Of a stretch of 64,000 nucleotides of DNA, positions 1 to 12,800 are shown in pieces. Origin of the DNA: a virus. Every line of letters begins with the position of its first letter. Within the stretch, counting starts at the first letter, position 1. A model generated the notes under the pieces. The model saw only the letters and a list, made by a program, of their open reading frames with translations, was not told the origin of the DNA and did not search any database. The stretch is taken from IMG/VR virus record IMGVR_UViG_3300050343_000214, positions 32,001 to 96,000 of that record. The stretch is one strand, 5' to 3'. The translations under genes and the position numbers were made by a program.

Positions 1-46
1 CGGAGATCTACGACTTACCTTAAAACTACTCAAAATCGTTAAAAAT

Positions 47-56
47 GTGTAATTAA
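47..56 (+). promoter_or_regulatory. Putative phage promoter motif GTGTAATTAA
   Basis: Intergenic, upstream of the 135 gene. Variant of the GTGTA(T)AAT motif also at 2829, 21110, 31092 and 56054(-). Confidence 0.4.
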
Positions 57-134
57 TTCTAGAGACTAACATGTTCTGGAGTGTTACACGCTCAATCCAC
101 TACCAGATAATAATATTCATAGGGAGAAACCAAT

Positions 135-1078
135 ATGGCTAATAAACGTATTTTTTATGCACTCCAGCAAGTGTTAATAGGCGACGGAGAAGCGAGTGAA
201 ACATCAACCGCGCTAAAGGGTGTACAAAGTGTTGGAATGAGTTCCACCACAAATGTAGAGAGTTTTAGTGCTTTTGGTGGCATTGAGGCAACTACAATTC
301 TGCAAGACCTAGATCTTGAAATAACTATTGAGAATGGTCTTGGTAGCGATTGGACGAACGCCCTTGGAGCTGCTGGCTATAGCTCGTTCAATAGTGCGTT
401 TTTTGACACGAAAAGAACGATTACTTTAGAATATCTTACAGATAGTGGCACTCCGAACGTGACTAAATTAATCACACTGGAAGCTATTTTGACTTCATAC
501 AGTGTTCAGATGGGTCTTGATGGTGCAGCTACAGAATCTATTACTTTCCAAAATGCTGGCACCTCAGTCTTTACTGCGGGTTCTGACGGTACAGCGCTGT
601 CAGCTCAAGCAGGCAAAAAACTTTGTAATGTAATTACTCGACCTAACTTTACTAATTTTACATATACTGAATACCCGGAATGCTGTGAAGCAACCACTAT
701 AGCCCCCGCAACCTATAGTAAAGTTCAATCATTTAGTGCCAATTTTGATGTTGGAAGCGAAAAGGTTTCAGCTCTTGGGCAGTCTATGCCATTTGGCAAA
801 TTTGCTACCTTCCCAGCTGAAATTTCGGCAGAAGTAGAATACCATCTTGATCCAACTGGTGGTATTGGTACTCTTAATTCTGGAACTATTACTGGCAATA
901 GCTTGGATGATGTGTGTTATGATGTAGAAATTGCTATGCCCGGAAATACATATGCGATGGATAAAATGAGGCTCGCAGGAGCTAGCCGAAGCGGAGGTGA
1001 TGTTGGCGGTGGAAACGTAACTATTTCAGAAAGTTATACTGGATTTAATACGTTTAGCCTACTACTGGCCCTTCTTAA
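135..1078 (+). CDS. Probable major tail tube protein
   Basis: GGAG RBS; beta-rich ~315-aa protein a few genes upstream of the tape measure. The track ORF to 1208 looks like a fusion with the next gene; restoring one base near 1058 gives ...FSPTTGPS* with TAA at 1076-1078. Confidence 0.55.
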
Positions 1079-1085
1079 TTGTTAC

Positions 1086-2028
1086 ATGAGGACTGACGAA
1101 GAGGAACACTGGATACAGTCTATTAGAGTTGGCACTATTAAGTATGAAAATATTTCAATAGTGCCAGCTACTATAGATCAAGTGTCTGACGCTGCTAGAT
1201 GTCTATAGGACGATCTTACGATGAGTCTCTAAATAGTGGTATCATGACAGACTCAGGATTGGAACATTGGATGATAGAAAATTCTTTATTGCCGAAGTCG
1301 TTTCATACTTCTAGAGAAAATTTGAATAAATCTATAGACAATCTTAAAAAAAGATCTGTTCCGAAATAGGGCTAGCAAGTCTGCAATTAAAAAGATCCGT
1401 AGCGCAGATCTTACAAACACTCGCGCCAAGTTAAAAGATTGTACTTGCTCAAAAAATCCCACATGTCTCACAATACTTGTGAATTTATAGCGCAAACTGA
1501 AAAGTTAGTCTCTTTACTACACGCTACAACTTTCAAAAATAACAAGCCTTATAAGCCAGCTAATATGAATGTTGTCATTGAAATATGGCAAGAGTCTTTA
1601 GCTTCTGAATCCTTTGATCAGATCTTTAGTCTAGATGTGATACTTGGAGGTCTATTTGGGCTAACAAGGGGTTTGGCTTTAAGTTGTTTAAAAAAAATAA
1701 CCCAGATGATGATTTAACTATCAATCAAAGAAACTTAATCACATGGTCCAGAGTGTACGACAATATACAAGAGTCAATAGATTGTCCATCAGACGCAGCG
1801 ATTGCTAACCATGACATGCTTGATGGGTGGTTTTTAATTCAACAAGCTAAGAGGGAAAAAGAAAGAATGGAGCAAGAGGCAGAAGCACTAACTGGCGATA
1901 GAGGTAAGTCTGCAAATGCTCAACATGTCTTCGTTCCTCAAGGCGCAGACAACATAGATATTAATATTTTAAATGAGGGCCACGAATCTAAGCCTATACA
2001 TAATATAATTGAGGATCATAATAAATGA
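1086..2028 (+). CDS. Hypothetical protein in tail-assembly-chaperone position (several indels)
   Basis: MRTDEEEHWIQ... can be followed across frames into the 1439 and 1684 ORF fragments. Confidence 0.45.
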
Positions 2029-2357
2029 ACAACTATAATAATAGAAGGAAAGAAATTCACGATGCTAAGTCTTATAATAGGCTTTCTAGAAACATGAAAA
2101 AGAAAATACAAACAACTATGATTGGCGCTCTTAGCAGTGTTGAGAAACATTTTAGTTTTTTATGGGAGCAAGAAAATATTTCTGAAGAACAAAGGGAGTC
2201 ATTAAAAAGAATATATGACGATCTTAGATCTGAAATATTAGACAAAGGAAATCATCAACTAAGGAATGTTGATGCTGAATTGTCAGACTATACTATATCA
2301 TTACACCCAAACGTTCATGATATAAATTTTTTCGTAGATAACAAAGAGGAGAATTAA
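2025..2357 (+). CDS. Hypothetical helical protein
   Basis: Intact ORF with ATGA-type overlap with the previous gene and GAGG RBS. Confidence 0.6.
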   Translation: MNNYNNRRKEIHDAKSYNRLSRNMKKKIQTTMIGALSSVEKHFSFLWEQENISEEQRESLKRIYDDLRSEILDKGNHQLRNVDAELSDYTISLHPNVHDINFFVDNKEEN

Positions 2358-3230
2358 ATGAAAAAGGAACCTAAAAGGATACCAATTGAAGCTAAAGACG
2401 ACGATGATAACGTAGTCAAGGGTTACATTAGAAAGCCCGGAAGTAGCGTACTCGCTAGGGCGCAGAGGGTTCATGCTAAAGTGTGGACTGATTGCGTTAG
2501 GGATAAAATAATGACTAAGCAAGAGCTTCAAAACTTTATGTATGAAAATAATGTGTGGAATGCTGAAAAAGATCTTAAACAGCTCACCTTGAGTAATGAT
2601 ATCCAGCAGCTAGAGAAAAAACTGTATGTTGGTAATAAAGGGCAAAAGACGATGAAGGCGTCAGAGGCCAAACAAATTGCTATAGACATGCGAATTGCCA
2701 GAGCTAAACTGCGAGATTTGATTGCGGAGAAAATGGCCTTAGAGCAGAACACTGCTGAAGCCTTGGCAGATAATGCTAAATTTGACGTTTTAGTAGCAGG
2801 CTGCACATTCGACGAAAATGATAATCGTGTGTATAATAGTGTAGATGAATATTCCGAAAATGCTGATACTGGGTTTGCTTTTGCGGCAGCTACAGCTATG
2901 GCTGAATTGTTATATTCATTAGACAAAGACTTCGAGAAAACCTTGCCAGAAAACAAGTTCCTCTCTGATCAGGGGTATGTTAATGACGAGTTATCTCTAG
3001 TCAACAAAGACGGTGAAACCGTAGATACCGAGGGTAGAAGGATAAACGAATTTGGCTATTATGTTAATGACGCAGGAAAGAGGACAGATATCGAAGGTAA
3101 TCTATTGGATGAAGATGGTAATTATATCCCTTCAATACAATACGTAGAAGACGAAGAAGTGCCTAAAAAGAAGGTTGCTAAAAAGAAAGCAACTGCTAAG
3201 AAAAAGGCGGCTACTTCGTCCGATAGTTAA
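2358..3230 (+). CDS. Probable tail assembly chaperone-like protein
   Basis: Directly upstream of the tape measure; GAGGAG RBS; coiled-coil region, DxxG repeats, Lys/Ala-rich tail. Confidence 0.5.
   Translation: MKKEPKRIPIEAKDDDDNVVKGYIRKPGSSVLARAQRVHAKVWTDCVRDKIMTKQELQNFMYENNVWNAEKDLKQLTLSNDIQQLEKKLYVGNKGQKTMKASEAKQIAIDMRIARAKLRDLIAEKMALEQNTAEALADNAKFDVLVAGCTFDENDNRVYNSVDEYSENADTGFAFAAATAMAELLYSLDKDFEKTLPENKFLSDQGYVNDELSLVNKDGETVDTEGRRINEFGYYVNDAGKRTDIEGNLLDEDGNYIPSIQYVEDEEVPKKKVAKKKATAKKKAATSSDS
2828..2842 (+). promoter_or_regulatory. Putative internal promoter TGTGTATAATAGTGT
   Basis: Exact 15-bp match to 21109-21123; ~400 bp upstream of the tape measure start. Confidence 0.45.
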
Positions 3231-3247
3231 TAGCCAAGGACGTTATC

Positions 3248-6200
3248 GTGTCTAAATTCGTTTTAACTGCTCAACTACAATTAAAAGCTCCCAATAATGT
3301 ATCCCAAGTTGTTTCTCAAATGCAGAAGCAGCTTTCGGGTGTCTCTGTAAATTTGAATGCGCAGGGAGCTGTTAAGGCTAATCAACAAGTACAGCAACTA
3401 TCTTCAAATCTTAATCAAGCTTCCAAGTCAGCTAAAGGGCTTGGCAGCGACTTTGCTCAGTCTGTACGTAGATTCTCTGCAATGGCAATCGCCACAAGAG
3501 CTGTTAGTCTCTTTACAAATACTCTTAGTAGCGCAATCAAAGAATCTATAGCCTTTGAACGAGAGTTAGTTAAAATTTCTCAGGTCACAGGGCAAACAGT
3601 TCAGAATTTATCTTTTCTAACTAATACTGTTTCTAGTTTATCTACTAATTTGGGTGTTGCTTCTGGCTCGCTCTTGAGCGTTAGTAGGATGCTATCTCAG
3701 GCTGGTCTCTCAGCCAAAGAAACAGAAACTGCCCTGCGTACCTTGGCTATGACTGACCTTGCTCCAACGTTTGATAATATCGCTCAAACCGCTGAAGGCG
3801 CTATTGCTATCTTTAACCAGTTTGGCAAAGGAGCTGCGGCTCTAGAACAACAACTTGGCGCTGTCAATGCTGTCGCTGGTCAGTTTGCTGTAGAGTCTGG
3901 TGACTTGATTGCTGCTGTTCGTAGAACTGGTGGTGTATTTAGAGCTGCTGGTGGTGATCTCAATGAATTAATCGCTTTGTTTACTAGTGTAAGATCTACT
4001 ACGCGAGAAAGTGCCGAAAGTATTTCTACTGGTCTTCGTACTATCTTTACTAGAATTCAAAGACCAAAAACCATTGAGTTCATGAAAAAGTTTGGCGTTG
4101 AACTTACAGACATGGAAGGAAAATTTGTTGGACCGTTTGAGGCCGTTAAAAGACTGAGCGCTGCGTTAGCTGGTCTTGAACAGGGTGATACTAGATTTAT
4201 CAAGATTGCTGAAGAGTTGGGTGGATTTAGACAGATTGGTAAAGTCATTCCTTTGATTCAACAATTTTCTACAGCTCAGTCTGCTTTGAATGTAGCCCAA
4301 GCTGGTGGCAATTCTTTAGCCAAAGATGCTGCCACTGCACAGCAAGCATTGGCGGTACAGATTATAAAAGTTAAAGAACAATTTTTGGAGTTAATAAGAG
4401 GCGTAACTGCTACTCCAATATTCCAGATGATGGCTACGAGCGCATTGACTTTAGCCTCTGCTCTAATCAAAGTCGCTGATACCTTAAAACCTATTCTCCC
4501 TATTATAACAGCGATTGCCGCTGTTAAGTTCACCAAAGGTATTGCTGGCTTTATGGGTGGTCTTGCTGGCAATATGAAAGGATTTTCCCAAGGTGGCAAA
4601 GTTCATGCTTTTGCTAGAGGAGGAGTAGTTCCGGGTTCTGGTAATCGTGATACTGTACCCGCAATGCTCACCCCCGGCGAATTCGTAATACGTAAAAGTA
4701 GCGTTGCAAAGCTAGGAGCTGGTAATCTAGAGGGAATGAATAAGTATGCTGCTGGAGGGATGGTATCTCAAGACAGACATACATATGGACCAAAAGCTCC
4801 CCCTGCTATAAAAAGGATGAAAGTTGCCCCCAAGGTTTCTCCTGAAGAACAAAAAAGAATAAACGAAAAAGGTGCCGCAACAAGAGCAGAAAATGAAGCC
4901 AAGCGCAAACAAGGTGAAGAATTTGATGGCGAGACGACTAAAGATAATAGTGGCAAAAAATTACCAACTATTGGTTTAGCCGCTTTGCATGGAACTAATA
5001 AATTATATGACCAAGCTATTCCAAACATAGGCAAAAGGGTTAAGTTACAATTCAGTACTTTAGATCCCAAGCAGGCTAAAGGCTATGAGAGAGAGATGAG
5101 AGATTCGGTTGAGTCAGTAGCTGGCAAAATGGCTAGCGAGTTAGCTACTGATATACGAGATTCTACACCTATAAATCAATCTGAAATTGATGGAATGATG
5201 GACAAGGCTGGTTTTGCCAATGCTGTAGGTGCATTTTTTGAAAGCGCCCTAGCCCTTACCGGATCTCCATATGAAGGCGCTAAGGGTAAAATGCAGATCA
5301 ATGACTCTCTTGATTTTGCTTCTGGACTAGGAACAGCTGCTAAATCCTTTAAAGGATTAACTTCAAACATGCCCACAGACGCTACGCGAACAGCAGGATC
5401 TGAAGGTAAAAGCGCAAGTAAATTTGCCTCACAGGTTGGTAGATGGTTTGCTAAAAATCCAAACTATGATATAGATTTAGTTAAAAAAATGGCTGAAGGC
5501 GGCGGGGTTGGTTCTGATACTGTTCCAGCATTGCTTACTCCCGGTGAATTTGTTGTTAATAAAAGCTCTGCTCAAAAGATTGGGTATGGCTCTTTAAACC
5601 GCATGAACAAAGTTGGTAAGTACGCTAAGGGTGGCTTTGTTCAAAAATTTGCTGGTGGTAGTTCTGGAAGCGGTGTTAAGGGTGGTGGCGGTGGAATGAT
5701 GGGTGGGATGTTTGAAGGAATGACGGGTCAGTTGATGGGTGTTCAAATGGCTTTGTCGATGCTTACTCCAGCTATTGATGAAAATAGTGGAGCTTTTGCT
5801 AGGGGCGCAAATAGTTTGATGGGCGGGTTTAATTCGCTTATAGGCGTTGTCACTATGGCTCAAGTAGCTTTAGCTGCATTTGGTGTCAATTTACAAAAAC
5901 AAAATATTGGCTCCTTGCTTAAATCAATGTTTAAGACGGGGAGAGGCGGTTTAGGAGATATTATTGGTGGGGTACAAAAACGAAAAGTCGGTGGTAAATT
6001 ACGCGCCGTCAGAAGGAAAGGAGAGGGTTTCTCTGAGGCTTTTCAAAATGAAATTGGAGTTCAAAAAGAACGAGCTTCTATTAATAAAAAAATGAGAAAT
6101 GTAAGAAAATCTGCTCCACAAAAGAATTTTGTTGAATCACCTGCTGCACAACAACAAACTCAAATTAAGAGAAAAAGAAGGGCTGATAGTTTACGGAACT

Positions 6201-9200
6201 TAAGATCTCAAAAACTTTCACTTAAATCAGCCTCTCCTACGAGTATTACTGGTCAGTTAGGGAAAAAAGCTGCTGGTAGCCCGATGCTTCAAGGAGCATT
6301 GAAAAAATTAAGTGGACCCTTACAGACGTTAGGAACTAAACTTCCTACATTTACTGCTGGACTGCAAGGCGCGATTGGTGCGGTTGGGCCTTTAGCTGGT
6401 CATCTTACCGCTGTTGCTGGCCCAGCGTTGGCTGCTGCTGGAGCAATGAAATTAGTTTTAGGCAGTTTCGATGCTGTTACAGGCAGGACGGAAACACTAA
6501 ATAAAGCTATTGAAGAGGGTAATGTAGCTCAAGCCGAAAAAGTAGCATTTGATAAGGCTGGGGCAGAAGCTGTCACTAATCTCGCTGCTGGCTTAACAGC
6601 CGCTGGTGGATTAATTGGCGGGCCTTTTGGAGCCGCAATTGGTGCTGCGACCGGGGCTGTTCTTAAGGTTGCTAGTGAAATGCCCGTAATTGGTCCAGTA
6701 GTTATGGAAGCTGCTGGTTTTATTAGTCAAGCTTTTGGTGGTAAAAGTTTAAGTAGTATCGTTGCTTTAGCTGGAGCAAACGCTGCGGCAAATAAAGCAA
6801 CAAAAGATTTGGCTAAAGCACAAACTGCTGCTAAAAATGCTACTGAAGATTTTCAAAATGGAACTCTGAGTGCATCGGAAGCGCTAGCTAAAATTCAGCA
6901 ATCTACAGCTAGTGTAACGCAATCTGAAAATAAAGCTAAAAAAGCTGTTCAAGAGAATAGTAAAAATAAATCCGCTGACGGATTCTTTAACTCAGGAGTA
7001 GGACCGTCTGGAAGAGATATTGCCTCATTTGTTAGTTTTGGGATGGTAGACAGCTCTACTACAAGAGACAAAAAGATTGATGATGAAAACAAGGGCGCTA
7101 TGCAGACAGCGATGAAGCAAGATGCTGAACGCTTTCAAATGACTAAAGGTCTAAAAATGTCCACCGCAAAATCTGTTTTTGCTACTGGTGGAGACATGGA
7201 TGAAGCCGCAAAAGCTGTTGGAATTGAAGACTCAGTAGATCCAACAACTGGAAAAGTAAAGAAAGGATTAAGAAGCAAGCAGCTTGAGACTGTTCAAGAG
7301 GCTGAAGCACTTAAAGCGTCTGGCGACGAAGAGGGTGCTAAGATATTAATGCAAGCGGCAAAGCAAACAGAAGAGCAAATACTTGACTTAGAACGTTCTT
7401 TAGAAAATTTACAGAAATCAGTTATAGAACAACAAAAAGCATTCGCTGCGATGAATCTGGGTTTGAATTCTGCTCAAGGTGCTGCTGGTGCATTTAGCGA
7501 TGCAATGAAAAACTATCAAGCTTCACAAGAAGCTGGCAACGTTGGTGTCATGCGCAACTTCGCCACTCTTGAAGCTGGTATTGGAAAAGCCGCTGCTGGA
7601 ATGGACCCCAAGGTATTCCAAAGCGCACTGTCGGAAACTTCTGATGCTCTTAAGTCTTTTGGCGCAGATGACGCACAGATTAAAAAGTTTGAAGAAAATA
7701 TTTCTGCTGTTAATGCAAGCGCTCAGGCTAATGCTCAGGCTGGTTTAGAGAAGTTTAGGCAGAACTCTGACTGATAAAAACAATAGGGGCGAAAAAGGTC
7801 TGGAGTTCTGGCGAAGCGATCAGTTTGAATTCATTATTGGATACTATTATGGACTCTGTTCCAGCTGGTATGGGCGATGAAGTTAAGGGTCGACTAAAAG
7901 ACATGCTCAAGGGTATGGACATTGATTATGGCAAGATTGCCGTAAAGGAGACTTCAGCCAAATTAATGAAGTGTTTAAAAAGCTTGGAATGGAGACACTT
8001 GACCAAGCTAAAGCTATAGCCCAAGCAGAGCAGTTCTATCAAGAAGTTATTGTAGACGCTGCAAAGAAAAGAGCTGAAGCTGAATCTCAACTTATAGATG
8101 CTACTCGCCAGCAACTTGACTATCTTAAAGAGTCTAAAGAAATTATTGCCTCTGCTGGTGGTCCAGCTGTGACTGCCCAAGACAGAGAAAAGATGGCTAT
8201 CGACCGCTACAATGCTGGGGTAACTAGTGGTCCAAAGCTAGGTGGCGCAAGCGCCAAAGACATTGTTGCGCAACAAAAATCTTTGGGTGATCGTAACGCT
8301 CAAATAAACGCAACTAGACTCGGAGCAGCAGCTGGAAATGAAGCCGATAAAGCAACCATAGCTGGTGAGAGTGGTCAAAAGCTGGATGCTGAACAAAGCA
8401 GCATAGCTAAACAAAACCAAGAACTATATCAAACTACCAAGTCTCTCATAGATAGTAAACGTAAAGAAATTGATATAATTAAAGCTAAGAACAAGTTAGA
8501 ACAAGACTCGTTTGATGCTTTGATGTCTGGCGATGCTGATGGATTCTTAGACGCTCAAGCTACTCAGGGCGCAATCGGAGCTATTGCTTCTGGCAACACT
8601 GATGACTTTGATGGTGACACATTGCAAAGAGCTTTTGAAGATCTCAAACGTCAACAAGCTGCTGGCGTAGAAGAAGTTAATGGTCAAAAGATTGGCGGGC
8701 CGGGAGGATTATTAGAAAAGGCTGCTAGTGCTACAATGCAAGCTAGAGGTCTTGATCCTGCGACGGCAGCTATGGAAGCTCAAAAAGTTTCGGGAACACC
8801 CGCAGAGCAAGCAGCAAATAAAGAGATACGAGAACTTGCTGCTACGCTACCAAGATTTGGTGATATTGCTATTAACTCTGCTGAAACTCAAATGAGAGCA
8901 GCTGAATTACAAAAAGAAGCCGCCATTGAAAACAAAGCTAATGCTGTAAACGAAATAAAGACGGGTGGTGGCGCTGGTGGTGGTGGCGCTGGTGGTGGTG
9001 GCGCTGGTGGTGGTGGCGCTGGTGGTGGTGGCGGTGCTGGTAAAGGTGTTGGAACTACCGCTCCTCCTACTCCTCCAGTATCAACTACTGCTGCCCCTAC
9101 TCCTCCAGCTGGTTATAATGACTTTACCAAGCTAGCTGCCGTATCTAGTGGTGGCCCAATGCCAAACGCAACTCCAGAAGAAATGAAGAAAGCTTTATTA

Positions 9201-9857
9201 GCGTCTCAAGGAGCTGTTACACCAAAGCCCGCTGGAGATGGCGGTCTGTTAGGCACTGGTGTTATGAGAAGCCTTGCTTCTACGGCTACGGGCGGCTTGG
9301 TATCCAGCAATCAAGAAGTTATATCTGGCAAAAAGGATGAGGTGGGTAGTGTTGGAGACTTTGTTGGTAATCAAATAGATAGAATTGGCAGTTTACAAAG
9401 AGACATAGGCTCTTATGCGACTATGGGATATATGGATACTTCAGCGCAAGTAGCACAAAAACAACAAATGGGAGCAGCCAGCGCGGTAGCCGCTACTGCC
9501 CCGTCAGCCATGTCGCCAGACGTTATTAGCAAGCTAGAAGAAATGACAAAAGCTATAACTGATAGTGGTGGCGGTGAAGGAATGGGAATGGATAGCTCTG
9601 CCATGACTCAATTCGCTAGCTCTTTAGATAAATTTAATGAGACTATACTGCAAAGTATTAGTACTTTACAAAGCACACAATTTAGCATTAAGCTTGAGCC
9701 TACTACTGTAAACCTCAACATAACTGGTACTTCATTCCTCCAAACTATGACAAACGAATTGCAAAACAAGCTGTTTGCAATGGTGAGCGATAAGATTAAG
9801 AATCTTAAAGTCGGGCCAGACGGCAGGATCAAAGAGTCTCAAAGCGAATTGGCGTAG
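3248..9857 (+). CDS. Tail tape measure protein (TP901-like core), broken by indels at ~7770 and ~7950
   Basis: Core segment FERELVKISQVTG...RESAESISTGLRTIFTRI; long Ala/Gly-rich helical composition; the 3248, 7825 and 7971 ORFs join into one gene. Confidence 0.9.
8964..9033 (+). repeat. 15-bp tandem repeat (GGTGGTGGTGGCGCT)n encoding GGGGA
   Basis: Three perfect units at 8976-9020 plus partial flanking units. Confidence 0.95.
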
Positions 9858-9858
9858 A

Positions 9859-12800
9859 ATGACAAACTTTAGTTTTAATTGTGTGTTTCAGGATCATTCA
9901 TTGATCCGCAATAAAAGCTCGGCAAGTGTCAGGGCCACGACTAAGTGCGTGAACGCCGCAAGAACTAAATTAGTTTCATCTGCATCTGTCAGAACTATTG
10001 CTGGCAAGAAGGTTCCCGTATCGGCAAGGATTAAGAAATCTTTAAAGTTGAATGCTGCGCTGCAAACACAGGTGGTTGCAGTTTCGTCCAAGATATCCAT
10101 TAAGTCTAATGTTAGATCTTCTCTTGTAAATACTAGCGGGTTGTCTGTTGGCTGTAGGATTTCTTGCCAATCTTCTTTTAAGAATACATACGTTGATAAA
10201 ATAGGTGGTGATTTATCTCAGATAAATGCTATTCAAGGATTTACGGGAAACCAAAAATTATATCCTAAGAGTGATATCACTATATCTGTGAATAACAATA
10301 CTTTTGTAGACCAGTTTGGATCTACCTCTAATCTTTTTGATAAGATAAACGATGGTATATTTACAGGTAATTATCAAGAAAATTTTAACTCTAGTAGTAG
10401 GATGGTTGACAGTACCACTTTTATAGAACCCTCTTCTATATTAACAGACGGTACGTTTAAATATGTTTGTGAGGTAGACGCTCCCACCACTACTCCAAAG
10501 CAAAGTTTTCTTTTTGTTAGAGCAGCAGCTCCAATGAGAAATTATGCTTCGTCTATGCCCCCTTCTTATAAACTATATAATGTATCTTTTCTAGACCCTA
10601 ATGGTGATACTATAGTACAGTATGATGATATATTAATTAGGGGTGATTCTAATTACAATGATAATAAAGATGATAATTTTGTTACATACATATCTGGCCC
10701 CTTAGTCAACAATATAGAAAAACCTGAGTGGCATACTGGCTATCCCTTATTTGGTCAAACCTCTGGCTACAAACTCTCTTTTGATTTAGATATTATATGT
10801 AGCGATATAGGATTCTCTGATAAGTTCAACCAAGGCTATCTTACTGAGTCTTGTGTTCTTCCTAGCTCTATCCACTCTGGCAATGATCACCTTGCTATTG
10901 ATGGTTCTCCCTTATCCACAAGTAGTCAAGGATTTATAAACCCTACAGACAATGTAAGAATCAGCGCTATAGAAATTGTAAATAGTGGTACTCCATTTGG
11001 TTTCTCTGTAGCTAATGCTGTAAACGCATTTGTGAAGACTGACGAAAAAGGACTGAGAATAGACAGGGAAATATTACCTTCTGAAATACAACTATCTACA
11101 TTTGACACCACAATACACCCTCAAAGTTTTTCAATTTGGGAATCTGACGATGCCTCTTTAGATAATACCAGCTCTAGCGGTTGTCAAGAAATTACTAAGA
11201 TATTAAGAAAAAATAATGATGAGAATTATATTAACTTGTCTAGCTCTACAGTAGCAGACTCTGGAAAGTTAATAGTAAAGTTTAGTCATGAACCCCCTCT
11301 GCCAACCAATCGTTTCGTTGCTGGAGCTTTTGATATAAATTTCATGCAGCCAGAGAAAGAGTTTGATTACGCAGAGTATAAGAAGGTACATGCTTCCGAC
11401 TCTATGTTTGTCGTAGATGAAGTGTTCTTAAAAGTCATTGCTAAAAAGGGAGCAAGCGCACCAGACTATACCCTAGATGTTGTGGGATACAGTTTTGATC
11501 ATTTACTTTTTAACACGCCAAAGGTTGGCGGCTTCCTGCAAAACACTGAGGGCGCAGGAACCATTCCGTCTGCCATTCAAACTGTAGGTGTAAATGATTT
11601 AGGGGTTGCAACTGAACCTTTATCTAACAAACAGGGATTTGCATTAAAGCCTTTAACTCCTAGTGATGGAGGAGATCATTATATTGTTGCTACAGCACCC
11701 GTAGTAAACTCCACTACTTTTGAAGAATACATTGTACCGCTCAAGGTTTATAGGCAGGGAGATGTGGGCATTCATCCAAATTATAATGTTAGCACATTCT
11801 TTGAGAATTTATTTCTAGATATTTGCCCCTTGCCGGTAGATGCTACTATTGCTTCTGTTAGATTATTAGTTAAACATAAACCGTCTAACGCGATGACGCT
11901 ATACACTCTAGGACATAAAGATTCTGTTGACTTAGGCAGAGAAGACACTTTCATGTCTCCTTCTGAGAAAAAATCTGTAGATACTCCTACAAGTTTTGGT
12001 AATTATAATCATCCGTTATCTACTATAGAAAATATTCCAGCAGGATATAGTTCAGACGATTCCATGAAAAGCAACTACTCTAGAAGATGGAGGGGTGTTG
12101 ATGGGCTTGTTGCTGTTGGTCCGTTTGATTTTTCAGAGTTTGGTTTTGGTTTTTATAACCCGCAACTTAAAGCTCCATTCTTGGGAGGTTATTTCTCCTT
12201 TAATAACGACTCTGGAAATGATATTATATCAGATGATTTATATGAGCTACCCGGAATTACTGGAGAGTATATAGGTAATTATAATAAGTTACAGAATACA
12301 GGCTTAAGGTTTAAAAACGACCAGCTGTTCACTGGCTCTACGTCTCATACTACTATTGATTGGACTTCAATAACAGCCAATCAAGCAGACCCCCTATCTG
12401 GTCAGATCGCTGATGCTTTTGATAACACCGTTAGAGTATCTGGAGTTAATGGATATATTTCCTTTGATGATTTTGATGTTACCTCTGGCGTTATTGCGTT
12501 TGTTAGGTTTAGTCCTGACGAAAATATGTCATTTAATTCTAGTGTATTATTCTCTAAATATAATTCTGGCAAAGACTTAGAGTTTTCTTTAGGTTATAAC
12601 AATGGCTACCTCACAGCGCAAGCAACGGATGATCAAGGCAACCTTATAACCATACAAGATTCTCTTCTTTATACAAATTATTCTTACCCATTATCTGTTG
12701 TTTTGGCGTATAATAATACAAGCGACGGAGTAATGACATTATACACTGATAATGAAATTGACTCTACAGGATTTAATAGGCTCAGAGCTACCTCAAGCAC

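Noticed and set aside
1086-2028. Programmed -1 frameshift of tail assembly chaperones
   Set aside because: Several shifts are needed to restore one gene, and the same pattern affects dnaB, recA and nrdJ, so it cannot be told apart from sequencing error.
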